A stretch of 64,000 nucleotides of DNA from Octopus sinensis (Eukaryota): the NCBI RefSeq assembly GCF_006345805.1, contig NC_042997.1, positions 186,372,001 to 186,436,000 of the forward strand. Direction: 5' to 3'. Within the stretch, counting starts at the first letter, position 1. Every line of letters begins with the position of its first letter. Shown piece by piece: positions 24,723 through 38,590 of this stretch. The notes below the pieces were generated by a model. The model worked only from the letters and a program-made list of their open reading frames with translations. It did no database searches and was not told where the DNA came from. The position numbers were made by a program, and so were the translations under genes.

Positions 24723-25289
24723 CTAGGCAGGAGATTTCTGTATTAAACTATCAGAATCTGAAGCAAAATTCCAGAGACGGATCTTGACATAGGGAATACA
24801 AGCTTTCGAAGGTTGACTGCACAAGCACTCCTTGACACGCTTGCCTTTGGAAATACAGCGAGACCAAAGATTAACCGTTTGGTAAACTATAAGCAAATTT
24901 TTTTTTAACATATTATCGTTAAGGATTGTATGTCAAACAAAAATCATAAAACTGCTACATTCTTTTCACCTCAAAATAGACGAGAAATGTACTTTAAGTT
25001 CAACTAATAAAAAAGCAGATGAAAGAATACCAAGGCCAGCCATTTCATAGCTGATAGGATTGCAGTAATGACTGGAATAGCTATTCCATGGTTGTTGGAT
25101 TCATGTTTTTCTCGTCACCTTGGATTATATCTCAAGTGCTCATACGATCACTTATAGGGCGACGAATATATTTTTGCGTAGGTCTGCATGTATCACATAC
25201 TTATTAAATAGAAAATAAGAGTAAAGAAATACAGGCAGACAGACACAGGGAGAGAAATGTATGCATATATATATATATTTGTATAATAA

Positions 25290-25329
<40 letters not shown>

Positions 25330-26579
25330 ATTTGTATATGCATACAGACATATATAGAAGTGTAATATATAAATATATATTTATATATATATATACATGT
25401 ATATATATGTATATATATATACATATATACACACACATATATATATACATATATATATATTTATATACATGTATACATATATTCATATAAATAGACAGAT
25501 AGATATAGATATATACATACATTTATGTGTGTGTATATGTGGGTAAGTGTATATGTATGTATTCATGTATGTATGTTTGAATGTATTACGTATGTATGTA
25601 TTCATGTTTGTATGTATGTATGTATGTATTCATGTTTGTAGTATGTATGTATGTATGTATATATGTTTGTATGTGTGTATGTATGTTTATGTATTTGTTT
25701 TGCGAGATTCTTAATGTGAAATCGTGTGTTGAAACAGATATTGTTATATTTGGGGATGGTCATATTTTTGCCAATTAAATACACGCACTAAATATTTGAT
25801 CTGCACCTCAGCTTTATTTTTATTATTTTAGTTTTTTTGCCAAAGCTCCTTCGTCACACATCCCGTGACCTCTTCAACGACACTTTATCTCACGCGTTTC
25901 GTCTTGTTATGTTTATTCCATTTTGTCTTTCTGTAGTATGTATCCTTATCTGCGCATGCGTTTGTATCTGTATCTGTGTGTGTGCGCATGTGTGTGTGTG
26001 TATGTGTGCACGTGTCTATGTGTTTCGCATGTGTTTTGTGTACGTCTGTATGGCTTGCTTACTACACTGTACTTCGGAATTAATTTATTTACCGTATTTA
26101 TTTACTTGTTTCCTTTCTTACTCTGTCTTTAGTATGAGTATGCGCGTCGTGTATATGTATGGAGGAGTGTTTTGTATAATACTGTTCGTAATATTTGATA
26201 ATGTATTGTCATTGCCCTGTTACTGCACTTTGGGGAGACAGCACGCAGCATAGGTAAACGGATAGGTGAATACTGGCGGGATATCAAGAAGAAAAGATCG
26301 TCGGGGTTCTACCAATATGTTCAATAAGAACATGGAGATTTGGTTAATAACATAGATGTTAAGATATTATCAACACATAGAACAGGCAAAACACTCAGAC
26401 AAATTACGGATCCTGCACACATAGTTATAGACAGACCGAGCCTCAACAAGAAACATGAATGGAATAATAACACCACCACCACCACCACCCCTCTACCACA
26501 CTACACAACCTGATAACTAATGATACCACGAGGAGAAAAAAAGACACAAATACTAACAGTATAATGCATACATAAACTC

Positions 26580-26620
<41 letters not shown>

Positions 26621-26802
26621 TACAGCCGCAAACGCATGCACAGATAAGGATACATACACCAGAAAGTCAAAATGGAATAAGCAGAACAAAAAGAGACGCG
26701 TGGGATAAATAGTCGCTGAAGTGGTCACATAATGAAGATCAAATATATAGTGCGTGTGTTTAATTGGCCAAATATGACCCTCCCCAAGTAATACGATATA
26801 TG

Positions 26803-26857
<55 letters not shown>

Positions 26858-27136
26858 ACACCTACCATATATAGGTAAAGAGCCCCTTCGGAGGTCCGTT
26901 CAGTGTCGCCATCTCTTCATTTGCCTCTCTTAGGTACATCTCATCGAAAATACCCAAGACGCTTGAAACATCGACGTCTGACATTCCTTATAGATGGCGA
27001 CACTGAACGAACCGGGTGTTTTCACACCTTTTACCATAAGAGAGATATTTTCTCCGCGGTAACTGCAATGTATTTGCCTTTAGCAGTTGAAATATGTGAC
27101 AAACACATTCTGCTCATACATAAACATTGCTTAGCG

Positions 27137-27180
<44 letters not shown>

Positions 27181-27211
27181 ATATATACACACACACATAT
27201 ACATATATATA

Positions 27212-27271
<60 letters not shown>

Positions 27272-27273
27272 TA

Positions 27274-27579
27274 TTATATTATATAGAGGGCATTATTACA
27301 CATAATGCCACACGCTAGGAGCGACTTTTAAAGTCATAACTACCAAAGTAACGAATCGTACCGAATGCAGCTCTCGAAGCAAGACATTAAAAACAGAATT
27401 TAGTTCCAGATCACCTGTGCGTGTGGCATTTATGTGTAATAATGTCCTCTATATAATATAAATAAATATTTTCAAGTGAAAAAAATTTACAGATTTTTCT
27501 CTTATGAGGTTTTTCACGCTAACTACCTGCTAACTATCTTGTTAAGATTCTATTAAGATTTTATCCTAATTTTTAAATT

Positions 27580-27666
<87 letters not shown>

Positions 27667-27973
27667 TATATAGAGGGCATTATTACACATAAATGCCACA
27701 CGCTAGGAGCGACTTTTAAAGTCATAACTACCAAAAGTAAACGAATCGTACCGAATGCAGCTCTCGAAGCAAGACATTTAAAAACAGAATTTAGTTCCAG
27801 ATCACCTGTGCGTGTGGCATTTATGTGTAATAATGTCCTCTATATAATATAAATAAATATTTTCAAGTGAAAAAAATTTACAGATTTTTCTCTTATGAGG
27901 TTTTTCACGCTAACTACCTGCTAACTATCTTGTTAAGATTTCTTATTAAGATTTTATCCTAATTTTTAAATTT
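27274..27973. repeat. Two tandem copies (~387-bp period) of a fold-back element in (TA)n
   Basis: Each copy has ~42-bp inverted arms (27274-27315 / 27419-27461) and a ~120-bp unpaired tail. Copies differ mainly by homopolymer indels. Confidence 0.85.
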
Positions 27974-28009
27974 ATATATATATATATTATATTATATATA
28001 TATATAATA

Positions 28010-28056
<47 letters not shown>

Positions 28057-28060
<4 letters not shown>

Positions 28061-29366
28061 GTTAATAAAATAGAACATATGCATATATATAAACATATAT
28101 GTACGTACCTACCTCTACATGTACATATACACGCATATATGTGTACAGGACACCAAAAAGACGTCGAACACATAGAGAGACGAAAAACATAGACACAAAC
28201 CAAGGAACAGGACAAGCAAAAAAAAGGGATACAGGACAATAAGCACAACGAAAAATCCCCTTCTTCAGTCGCTAAGGTTTCATCTACTCTACGTTTCGAA
28301 GGATAAAAGCGAGACGTATCTTCGAAGAAACTTCCTTCCTGCGAAAAGCAAATCAATTAAAATTCTGAGATCTTTTCGCAGAGGGGTAAAAAATGGTAAA
28401 AAAAGCAAGACGGTAACGACAGTACAAACATATAAACAGTAAAAAAATAAATATATAACAGTGAGAGACAGGACAAGGAGAACAAGATAAGAAGGGCTGT
28501 TTACGCCAGACGAAAAAAGTATTGCAAACGCTGGATTATAGTGGACGACGAGAGAGAAGGAATGTCGACCAGTAGCCTTAGAAGGCGGGCGAGAAAAGAC
28601 AGGATAGCAGTTACGACGGAAGTATCGTCGCAGATGGACGACGGGAATGGGGGAGGAGGAGCAAGAGGAAGAGAGAGAAGAAGGGGAATGGTGCGAGGAG
28701 ACCATGAAGAATCGTGAGGGGGAGAGAGAGAATGAAGAATGAGAGAGAGAGGAAGAGACAAGTTAAGTGAGGGAAAAAAGACGAAAAAGGGAATGGGATA
28801 GATAGAAAGAAAGATGCAGAGTCGCGTGAGAGTTAATATCAAGGCTAACTTGATAAACAGAACAATCTTACTTAATAGGGTGCGTGCGTTTAGTCGTATA
28901 ATATGTTAATAAAATAGAACATATGCATATATATAAACATATATGTACGTACCTACCTCTACATGTACATATACACGCATATATGTGTACAGGACACCAA
29001 AAAGACGTCGAACACATAGAGAGACGAAAAACATAGACACAAACCAAGGAACAGGACAAGCAAAAAAAAGGGATACAGGACAATAAGCACAACGAAAAAT
29101 CCCCTTCTTCAGTCGCTAAGGTTTCATCTACTCTACGTTTCGAAGGATAAAAGCGAGACGTATCTTCGAAGAAACTTCCTTCCTGCGAAAAGCAAATCAA
29201 TTAAAATTCTGAGATCTTTTCGCAGAGGGGTAAAAAATGGTAAAAAAAGCAAGACGGTAACGACAGTACAAACATATAAACAGTAAAAATTAAATATATA
29301 ACAGTGAGAGACAGGACAAGGAGAACAAGATAAGAAGGGCTGTTTACGCCAGACGAAAACAGTATT
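28057..29366 (-). mobile_element. Element with ~465-bp direct repeats (844-bp offset); Penelope-like partial tandem (tentative)
   Basis: 28057-28523 and 28901-29366 are near-identical. Each carries CGAAACGTA and CTGAAGA on the minus strand. One end abuts (TA)n; no TG...CA termini seen. Confidence 0.55.
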
Positions 29367-30724
29367 ATATAGACTATATGTGTTTTGAGAGAGAGAGAGA
29401 AAGAGAAAGAGAAAGAGACGAGGAATTCCAGACATGTATCATTTAAAAACTAAATTTAGTTTCACAGATTATAAGGAAAAATCATAGTAATATAGATTGA
29501 TTTTTAGCGATCAATGTTATATATGAAGAAAATATTGGTGTTTTCCTATAAATATGATTTATTCTGTTAGGAAAATGCTTATAGGCCACTGAAATATCTC
29601 AAATACTATGTATAGGTCTAATTCCACCAATTAACGAACTGACAAATATGCGTCTACATGTTCTTTTACTTACAAGAATAAGTAAAACATATGACCCTTA
29701 AGATAACATTTATAACCTTAAATAATGGAAGAATGTCAGTGAAAAGATGAAATTGTTGCCTTTATATTGATTAGAGTGACTTTGATCTTACATCTGCTTG
29801 ATTAAGTTTCGCATGTGGCTGAGCAACAACACCAGCAATCGAGTTTCGCTTTTTGTTAGATAACAGCACCGGCTGCTCTTTGAGTCCCTTTAATAGAATT
29901 CGATCTATTGTAATGCCATGCCATGCCATGCTATGTTATGTAATGGATCAGATCCTTAACTCCATGATAGAGTTGTAGGGACACCGTTGTTGCATAAGAC
30001 ATGCCTTGGGCACATTTAGACTACAGATCTGACCACAGTCGATTTTTTTTCTTCCAGAAGACAGACAAAAAGAAAAAGAGAAAGAAAAGAATCGTTTCCC
30101 CGGAAAAGAAAATATGATTTATTTAAAGGACCCTTTCATGTTAAAGGCAAAGCAGACCTTAGCGAGTTTCGATATCGGAATGCTAGAATGATTGCCGGAA
30201 AGCGATCTATCCAACGCTCTTGTGATTCTGCCGATTGGCTGCCTAAAGTAAATTGATACTAAGTTCTGAATGTCAAACGCAACTGCGATGTCCAACCGAA
30301 CAAAAAATAAAAGCTAACATAAAGGCTACTTATTTCGCTTTGTCTCAAATTGCAGATTAATCAAAAGAAAACATCGTAAATGTTATGTTAAAAAACAAAA
30401 ATATCACGCTTCTTATTACTCCGTGATTCCTACACTGAACAAAGCACAACTTTCAATTACATGACAGTTCGCACTTTAAAATTATCCATTAATAACTACA
30501 CTTGTTGACTGTTTATGTGTGTTTATATGAGATTTTCTGAGGATTATGTTCATGTATGTGTTTATGTATCTGTACATTTTGACAACTGATGTCTAGTTGT
30601 GTTGCTTTTATGTGTTTCACTGTAGATTTTTGTTTTTCTTTGCGGGTGAACTTTCTCTAATGAATACAGAATCATGTAATACGCTCGTGTATATATAAGA
30701 TATCATTATTTGAAGAGGGATTGA

Positions 30725-31292
30725 AGGCGGCGAGCTGGTAGAGTCGATAGCACGCTGGAAGAAATGCTTAGCAGTATTTCGTCTGCCGCTACGTTCTGAG
30801 TTCAAATTCCGCCGAGGTCGACTTTACTTTTCATCCTCTCGGGGTCGATAAATTAAGTACCAGTTACGCACTGGGATCGATATAATCGACTTAATCCGTT
30901 TGTCTGTCCTTGTTTGTACTCTCTGTGTTTAGCCCCTTGTGGGTAGTAAAGAAATAGGTATTTCGTCTGCCGTTACGTTCTGAGTTCAAATTCCGTCGAG
31001 GTCGACTTTACCTTTCATCCTTTCGGGGTCGATTAAATAAGTACCAGTTACTGGGGTCAATATAATCGACTTAATCCCTTTGTCTGTCCTTGTTTAGCCC
31101 CTTGTGGGTAGTAAAGAAATAGGTATTTCGTCCGTCTTTACATTCTGAGTTCAAATTCTGCCGAGGTCGACTTTGCCCTTCATCCTTTCAAGGTCGATAA
31201 AATAAGTACCAGTTGACTACTGAGGTCGATGTAATCGATTATCCCCCTCCTCCAAATTTAAGGTCTTGTGCCTATAGTAGAAAGGACTATTA
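30725..31292 (+). mobile_element. SINE C trimer
   Basis: Full head, then units restarting at ggtatttcg (30957, 31122); the last unit has the cttgtgcctatagtagaaagg tail. Confidence 0.9.
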
Positions 31293-31304
31293 TAAGAATG
31301 ATAG

Positions 31305-31510
31305 AAGGCGACGAGCTGGCAGAGTCGTTACCACGCTGGAGTAAATGCTTGCCGGTATTTCTTCCAGGTCCTTACACTCTGGGTTGAAAATCCGCCGAGG
31401 CTGACTATACCTTTCGTTCTTGCGAAATCGATAAATTAAGCACCCGTTGAATACTGAGGTCTGCTTACACTGTTCCCTTAAAACTGCTGGCTTTTTGCCA
31501 AACTTTGAAA
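31305..31510 (+). mobile_element. Older SINE C copy
   Basis: aggcgacgagctggcagagtcgtta...ccgccgagg...tgccaaactttgaaa. Confidence 0.75.
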
Positions 31511-31679
31511 AATAACTGGGCACATGAATCATGACAAATTGGCATGGTCGTTAGCGTGCCGGATAAACTATCTTACGGTGTTTTGTCCGGCCCTCCGCAT
31601 TGTATGATGAAAATCAACTGAAGTTACTTATGCCTTTCATGCTTCCAAGTATTGGGAGAAACAGAAGTATTTTTTAGAT

Positions 31680-31782
<103 letters not shown>

Positions 31783-31804
31783 TATGTATGTTCATGTGCA
31801 TCAT

Positions 31805-32015
31805 TTATCTTTTACGTATTTTAGTCATTAGGCTCTCGTTAGGCTGCGGTCATACTGGAGAATTTATTAGTCGAATGACTTTTTAAAGTCTGGTACTTAT
31901 TCTATCGGTTTCTTTTACCGAACCGCTAATTTACAGGGACGTAAACACACCAGCACCGGTTGTCAAGCGGTGGTGGGCGACAAACCTACAAAAACATGCG
32001 TACGCACACACACTC

Positions 32016-32086
<71 letters not shown>

Positions 32087-32205
32087 GATGGGCTTCTTTC
32101 AGTTTCCGTGCACCATATCCACTCATTAGGCTTTGGTCGGCCCGAGATTATAGTAGAAGACATTTGCCCAAGACGCCACGTAGTGAGACTGAACCCGGAA
32201 CCATG
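31805..32205 (-). mobile_element. SINE A
   Basis: Family A body and tail on the minus strand; head slightly truncated. Confidence 0.85.
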
Positions 32206-34335
32206 TGTTTGTGTTCCGACCCATCCCTTTGTCTCTGAGTCGTACGCGTTGTTCGAAACCCCTAACTTTGTCACACTGTATCGCATTGATTCTGGTACAC
32301 GTATCTGTCGAATACTCCACCGCATCTCACACATTAATTTCTCGAATAAGAATCCATTTGATCGAACAAGTGACTGTTCATCGTAGAAATCGACGGAGTA
32401 TCTACCCATGTACTCTCTAGCGCCTTTACTGTAAAATACAAGGAATCTATTGTAAATAAATACAAAAAAGAAGCAAGCAAAAAATATTAAAAAAATATAA
32501 GATAAACAATTTACTAATCAAAAGACAGAAAGACAGAATTGTATGGGAAAATGTACCAAATTCAATTAGAGATCTGAAAGCAGTAAACATCGCTTCTAGT
32601 TACTTTGATTTGAATGTAAGAGGGTTTTTTATCCTTTTTGTTCTTTTGATTCCTGACTCATAATTCAGAGTTCATGGGGTCATAACAGCCACACTGTATT
32701 CTTATCCAAACTTCACTGAACCACTGTTCTCTGGAAGATCAATTCCCACTTGGGGCATTTCGTGGCCGATGAAGCAAATAAAAGAGTTGTACGGAAAATA
32801 TAGATTTAATTTAATTGACTTAACCGCTAATCCCTTTCCAAAAAAAAAATTTGCCGGACAAAATTCCTTGTGGTATTTCTAAACATTCCTTTACATTCTG
32901 AATTCAAATCCCGCTGGTGACGGCTTTCATCCTTCTGTTTTTTTGTTGTGTTTTTGTTTATTTTTAAGCCTGTGTCACCCTTGATTGAATATATGTATGA
33001 TTAAACGCATTCCAACTGGAACTACCCCACATTTTTTTTGTACAACTAAAACCATATTATCCAATATTTCCTTCCTCCTTCATTTTTGAAAGACTGTTGA
33101 ATGTGATTTGAAGGATATTTGACTGGTATTGCTAGCACATCGAATAACCATGTTGAAGATTTCTCCCATCGATCTGACCTGTGTTCCCTTATCGTTTTTT
33201 TATACATCTTTTTTGAAGCCGAGGAAATATGTAATCGGTTAAAAAAAAAACAAGATGGTGGATTATTACGTCAGGAACGAACGATAAAGTGAAGACTGAG
33301 TTTGGTAAGAGTATATACGATGGAGAGACTGTTGAGCTTTCATTTGAGTGAAAAAGAAGAAAGAGGAGGGAAAGAAAGGTAGAGAGAATCAGAGAGAGAG
33401 AGAGAGAGAGAGAGAGACTATCTTATGTGATGGGTTTGAGGGTATACTGAAAATATATAACTGGAGAAGAGAGGCGGGAGGATATATACATTCGAAGCGG
33501 GCGTAGATAGTATATGCTTAAAAAAGAAAGCGAAAATCATAGACAGCAACGTACGTAGAAGTCAATAGAGTGATGAAGTTCAGTTTGAGATGGGCTGATG
33601 GTGTGTTAGTAAGGCATCTAATCGTAGGTGGGGAGTTAAGGTTTGGTGTAAGGGGAGGAGTAGTGAGTAAATATCGCTGCTGTGAAAATATACATTAGCA
33701 TATTAGAAGGGGAGAATAGAGAGGAAAGAGAAAACGTTAATAGTGCGACAATGGTTTGAAAGATGATGATTTAAAACCAGCGAAAAGGGAAATAAATATT
33801 TGTTTCATAGGTAGTGTTAAAGGAAAGGGGAAGAAGAGCAATTCATAGGTTGATAAACAAGCGATAAATGTGTTTAGAAATAGGTGTTCAGTAGGAAACA
33901 ATGCCTGTTGGGTGTTGCTGCTGTGTGCCCATGTCCGAGCAATCCTGTAACACGCAGACAGACGGACGAACAACGCTACGTGACCCACAAATTCATTTTT
34001 TCCCAGTTATGTGGTGTCTACATTTAGCATGGGATCCTACTATACACTCCAACATACAGTGAAATTTTTCTTAGAGGTGCAATGTGACAGTCTGGACATT
34101 CACCCCACTCTCCAATCTATTTCTGTCCACTATAGACTCTGGAGGTGGCCACTGAAGAGACGAAGAAATGGCTAATCTCAGCCAGAGAGGGGCAGTTACT
34201 GTCTCAGCACTGACCGGAGCACTATGCGTCCCAGCACATTGTTTAGAGCTTGTAATGCTACTGAAGTTACAGCTACATCTGTGTGCATGTGATCCTTATG
34301 CTTATCTAGTTGAGTGGAACATACAGGGGTTTTTG

Positions 34336-34568
34336 TAACCCTTTATCATTCAGATTACTCTGTCAAATGTCATACTTTTTCATTCACATTGTTTTGAATT
34401 AACCATATATTGAATTAATCTTATAGCTTTGAGATTCTGAGATTCTGATAATGTGATTGTTTATTTTTAGAATGATATAGTAGGGTAGGTGTAAGAAGCT
34501 AGATCAGGCCAATCAGGTACATGAAACAAGTACAGCATTTGGGCCGGATATGGCCGGATTAAATGCCA
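34336..34568. mobile_element. Possible piggyBac-like MITE remnant
   Basis: Left end taa-CCCTTT-atcattcag; right end truncated after ccggatatggccggattaaatgc. Confidence 0.35.
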
Positions 34569-34741
34569 GACATCTTTTGTGATACTACCCAAGGATGTAT
34601 ATATGCCTGCATCGTCAGAGATGGTGTTTCGTGTAGCGTCATCGATTCTGTGGATTGAAAATTACTGTGGTAATAAATTTAGAGCTTTTGGTTTCTTGGT
34701 GTGTTTAATTTGAAGTTGTAACCTGTTAACAATTTATGATA

Positions 34742-34816
34742 GAGAGTACATATGGCGTAGTGGTTAAGAGAGCGGTTTAATAACCCCAAGATTCCGAGCT
34801 TGATGCCAGGCAGTGA

Positions 34817-34893
<77 letters not shown>

Positions 34894-35062
34894 TCAAAAA
34901 ACACTTTAGGAATGGGAACCCAGGTTCGAAATTTCACCAAAGCACCTGATGAAGGCTGGAGGGTGTATCAGCCGAAACGTTGTGTTAACAAACAAGATGA
35001 GGACAAATATCCGTCAAATGTAAATAATGTACATAATTCCTCATCTCTTAAATATAAAACAG
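34742..35062 (+). mobile_element. tRNA-headed SINE with a hammerhead-bearing tail
   Basis: A box TGGCGTAGTGG (34753), degenerate B box gagcttgatgcc, (AAT)n linker, second GGTTCGAA at 34923, hammerhead at 34941-34986; first TTTT at 35063. Confidence 0.75.
34941..34986 (+). ncRNA. Minimal type I hammerhead ribozyme
   Basis: Stem I AGCAC/GTGTT; CTGATGA 34946-34952; stem II GGCTG/CAGCC; GAAAC 34974-34978 followed directly by GTT (loopless stem III); predicted cleavage after 34981. Confidence 0.82.
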
Positions 35063-37199
35063 TTTTGATTTATTTTGTTTTGTTCTTTTTTATTGAGGTT
35101 TGCTCATAACCAAATAGTTCTAATCTATTGTTTGCACAACTCAATTATTGTTGTTTCTTCCTGTTGGTCAAATGTGGTATTTGTGACTATTAAAGGTATA
35201 CTTGTACTTTGTTTTGCTTCTATTTACTGTGTCATCTATATGCGTTGTAAACACTGTGGACTAGTTTTAAGTAACTTTAAGTATTGCTGTCTTTGTTGTT
35301 TATCTATGTTGTTATATGCGTAGGATGTTTAAGTTACTGAATGTAAGATATCTTTATATTGTTGTGTATAATGGGTTGTATTTGATTACTTCTTGTGTTG
35401 TTGATAGTTAGGGAGAAAGTAGGAAGTGATGCCTGCCGGAGGATCGCTATAATTGGTTTAGTGAGGTGTGTGCGTGTGTGTGTTGCCATGGGGATTGCTT
35501 AGAATGTAAAAGGAATTTAGTTTCGGTTATATTATGTTATCTATTATACTGCCCATACTATTTCAAAACCATGGAGCACTGAAGCCTTCCCTACTCATGA
35601 AAGTGCTAAAGTGTTGCATTTCTATGGTCTACCGCCGCTTCTTATTAGCTTACGAATAAATTTGGGATATCTATACAGTGAGTGCAAGTTTTATTTCTAT
35701 TCTGAAACTATCACCGTTCTGAAAACGTCTGCTCGGACTGATTTTGCTATAATTAGGACGTTTGAGTTTCCTGTATTTTGCTAATAAGAATATTCCATAA
35801 CTTTTTGCAACATGATCAATGATGGTAAAAATGTTTCAGAACATAAAGCTGTTTCTAATTTCATGAATGTTGCTGTAATTTCAGATTTTTTTAATGATGT
35901 TTACGAAATATTTTTGCTTCTTAAACATTATTGTTAAGTGTATTCTCTAAGGAGTTATTTGGAAAAGATAATAATGACACTTCCTGTTTTTAATGTTATT
36001 TTTTTTGTCAATATTATTTTCCCCCTTAAGTTGTGTATTTACTAAATTATTCTTAAGTACTGTCGCTTACTGGTGTTTGTAGTCGTATTTTCAAAACAGT
36101 GTAAGACATCTTTATGGGTGCTATCGAGCCCGATCAAAGTACATTTTTGGCTACTATGCGAAAAATATTTCAGTGTTTCCAGTACACGTTGATCGATCGG
36201 CCTTCTAGCTAAGACCAATGTACATTCTTTTCTGTTTTATTATATTCAATGTTAGTTGTACCTTGTGTATTTAACCATTGTTGGAGATGGTAAGATGGCA
36301 TTTCAGTGAGTTTTGTTACAATCTCTTGCAGGTCGATTGACCGTGTAAAGATTTTCTTGTTATTTCGAATAACTATTAGGTGTTCTTAATATGCGACACT
36401 TCTCAGCTGTACAAAGCTGGTTGATATTATTTTATTTATATACGTTTTTCTATGTTCGATAAGTAACAAAATAATCTTGAAATTGACACTGCGTCTTACA
36501 GTCAATTATCTCACATATTTGGAGAGGGGCGTGGAATTCATTTTCCCTTGTTCCCGAGGGTGAATTTGTAATCTAAGTAATGACTTTTTAAAGTGGTATC
36601 ATGAGAATAAATTCTATTTGGCTTTGCTTGGCACATCAATGCAGCTGAATTGAGCTATCGAAGCACTGCAGTACAGGGTAATGTGCCAATAGAGAAGCCG
36701 GTAGAGTTAGAGATATTTCTTTGTTCATGAATTATCGAGAATAAACCACAACACAATCCTTAATTTTGCAGTGCACTGTCACGTTTCGTCGAAACAGGCA
36801 GCTGCGTGAAAATCGTTAATATTGGAAACTTGCCTTTGTTAATTTTTTTAAATACCTCCAAGGATTTCTGTTCGTATCAGCATGAAAATTGAATGAGGAA
36901 AATAATCAGATATTAACGCTAATATGAAATCTTTATTCTACTCAATGAATTCTCTTTAATATATTCGTAATATTACATTACACATATAACTTGTTAGTTA
37001 TATCTATTTATCTATCGATCGATATCTATATATACAGAGTGGGCCAAAAACAACGCACCAAAACATTTGACTATTTATATTACGTTATTATTCTTATTAT
37101 TATTTCCCGATTGATTTGCATTTTAATTCCTCAACCAGAGACCGAAGGCACGTATATGTTAGATGGAGAGAAACTTCCTGAGAATGCAGGCGGTTGATG

Positions 37200-37585
37200 T
37201 CAACTCAGTTTTTTGAGTCTCATTGATCGTTCGTTTCCCAGAGATCTGGTCAAACAATTTATCACTACTTTTCTTGGTCATTCTCAGGGTACCTACAACA
37301 ACAGGGATGGTTTTGGTTTTTAATTGCTACATCCTAGATATCTCAATCTCAAAATCTTTATATTTCGACAGTATTTCAAATTTCTTTTGCTGAGATATTT
37401 CTATCAGTAGGCACTTCAATTAATAGGCATGTATTTTTTTTGTCTTATGTCTTTGATGACGATATCAGGTCTGTTAGCATTTCTTTGCTTGTCTGTATGT
37501 ATCCCATAATCCCATAGGCTGATAACATTCCCTTCCCCAATGACTGACTGTGGATGGTGTTCATACCCGTTCTTAAGGTGCGGGA
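37200..37585 (-). pseudogene. Older R4/Dong-like LINE endonuclease remnant
   Basis: Minus: ...LWD/IHTDKQRNANRPDIVIKD...VPTDRNISAKE, a diverged parallel of the adjacent element. Confidence 0.7.
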
Positions 37586-37607
37586 TGTTATTATTGTTGT
37601 TGTTGTT

Positions 37608-38590
37608 TTATTATTCAGTAGTTTTATTTTTATAACGTGCTTTCACTTCACTACCGAGTGCAGCTCTGTGTGCCTTGGGTATGTTCTGTGGTTTGTTGTG
37701 ATGCTCTTTTTGTTACTGTATTGAAAGTGCTTTGCGTAGGATGTGTGCAGTGCCCAGTAGTGCAATTTTCTGTATGTTATATATATTTGTAAGTCCTGGT
37801 GTTTTTGTTATGTATTTGTCTGAATATATTTTTATCATGCCTAATGCACCTACTATGATAGGAATTGTTTCTGTTTTTAGATTCCACATTCTAGTTACCT
37901 CTATTTCCAGGTCTTTGTATTTTGAAAATTTCTCTATTTCTTTTAGAGAAACGTTGTCATCTGCTGGTATTGATACATCAATTAGAAAGCATTTTTTCTT
38001 CATGATTTCTGACAACTATATCTGGCCTATTGGCCTTAATTTCTCTATCTGTGTGTATCGGCATATCCCAGAGTATGGTTGCTTTCTCGTATTCTGTGAC
38101 CTTTTCTGGTGTGTGCCTATACCATCTTTTTTCTGTTGTTATTCCATAATGTTGGCATAGCTTCCAATGTATGTAGGTTCCAACTCTGTCGCGTCTGTGA
38201 ATATATTCCTTCTTTGGCAGGACTGGGCAGCCAGAGATAATATGATTTATTGTTTCTTGTCCATCTCCACATATTCTGCAGTTACTTGTTATGTTTCTTT
38301 TCATTATATGTTTTTGGTAATTTCTGGTGGGGAGGCTTTGATCTTGTGCTGCAATTAAAAATCCTTCAGTTTCTGCTTTGAGTCCTGTGCTTCTCAACCA
38401 TTGCTGGGATTTTTCTCTGTCTATTTCTTTTGCATTTAGTTTAGCCATGAAAGGACTTTTCTTGCCATCGTTTTATCATGGCTCGTTGCTGTTCTAGTTT
38501 TAGTTTGGATTTCATTTGTTTTATAACATTTGTTGTTTCTTCTTCTTCTTCTTCTTCTTCTTCTTCTTCTTCTTCTTCTTCTTCTTCTTC
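37608..38590 (-). mobile_element. 5'-truncated R4/Dong-like non-LTR retrotransposon (CCHC zinc knuckle and restriction-like endonuclease)
   Basis: LKAETEGFLIAAQDQ, CRICGDGQETINHIISGC, RPDIVV, frameshift, LIDVSIPADDN...EKFSKYKDL...IPIIVGALG; stop at 37713; 3' end runs into (AAT/AAC)n. Confidence 0.92.

Noticed and set aside
34742-34820. Functional tRNA gene (also the heads at 7340-7415, 48060-48127 and 53000-53074)
   Set aside because: No closed acceptor stem or adjacent terminator; each continues into a SINE body.
37713-38448. Intact nuclease gene
   Set aside because: Frameshifted, 5'-truncated retrotransposon fragment.
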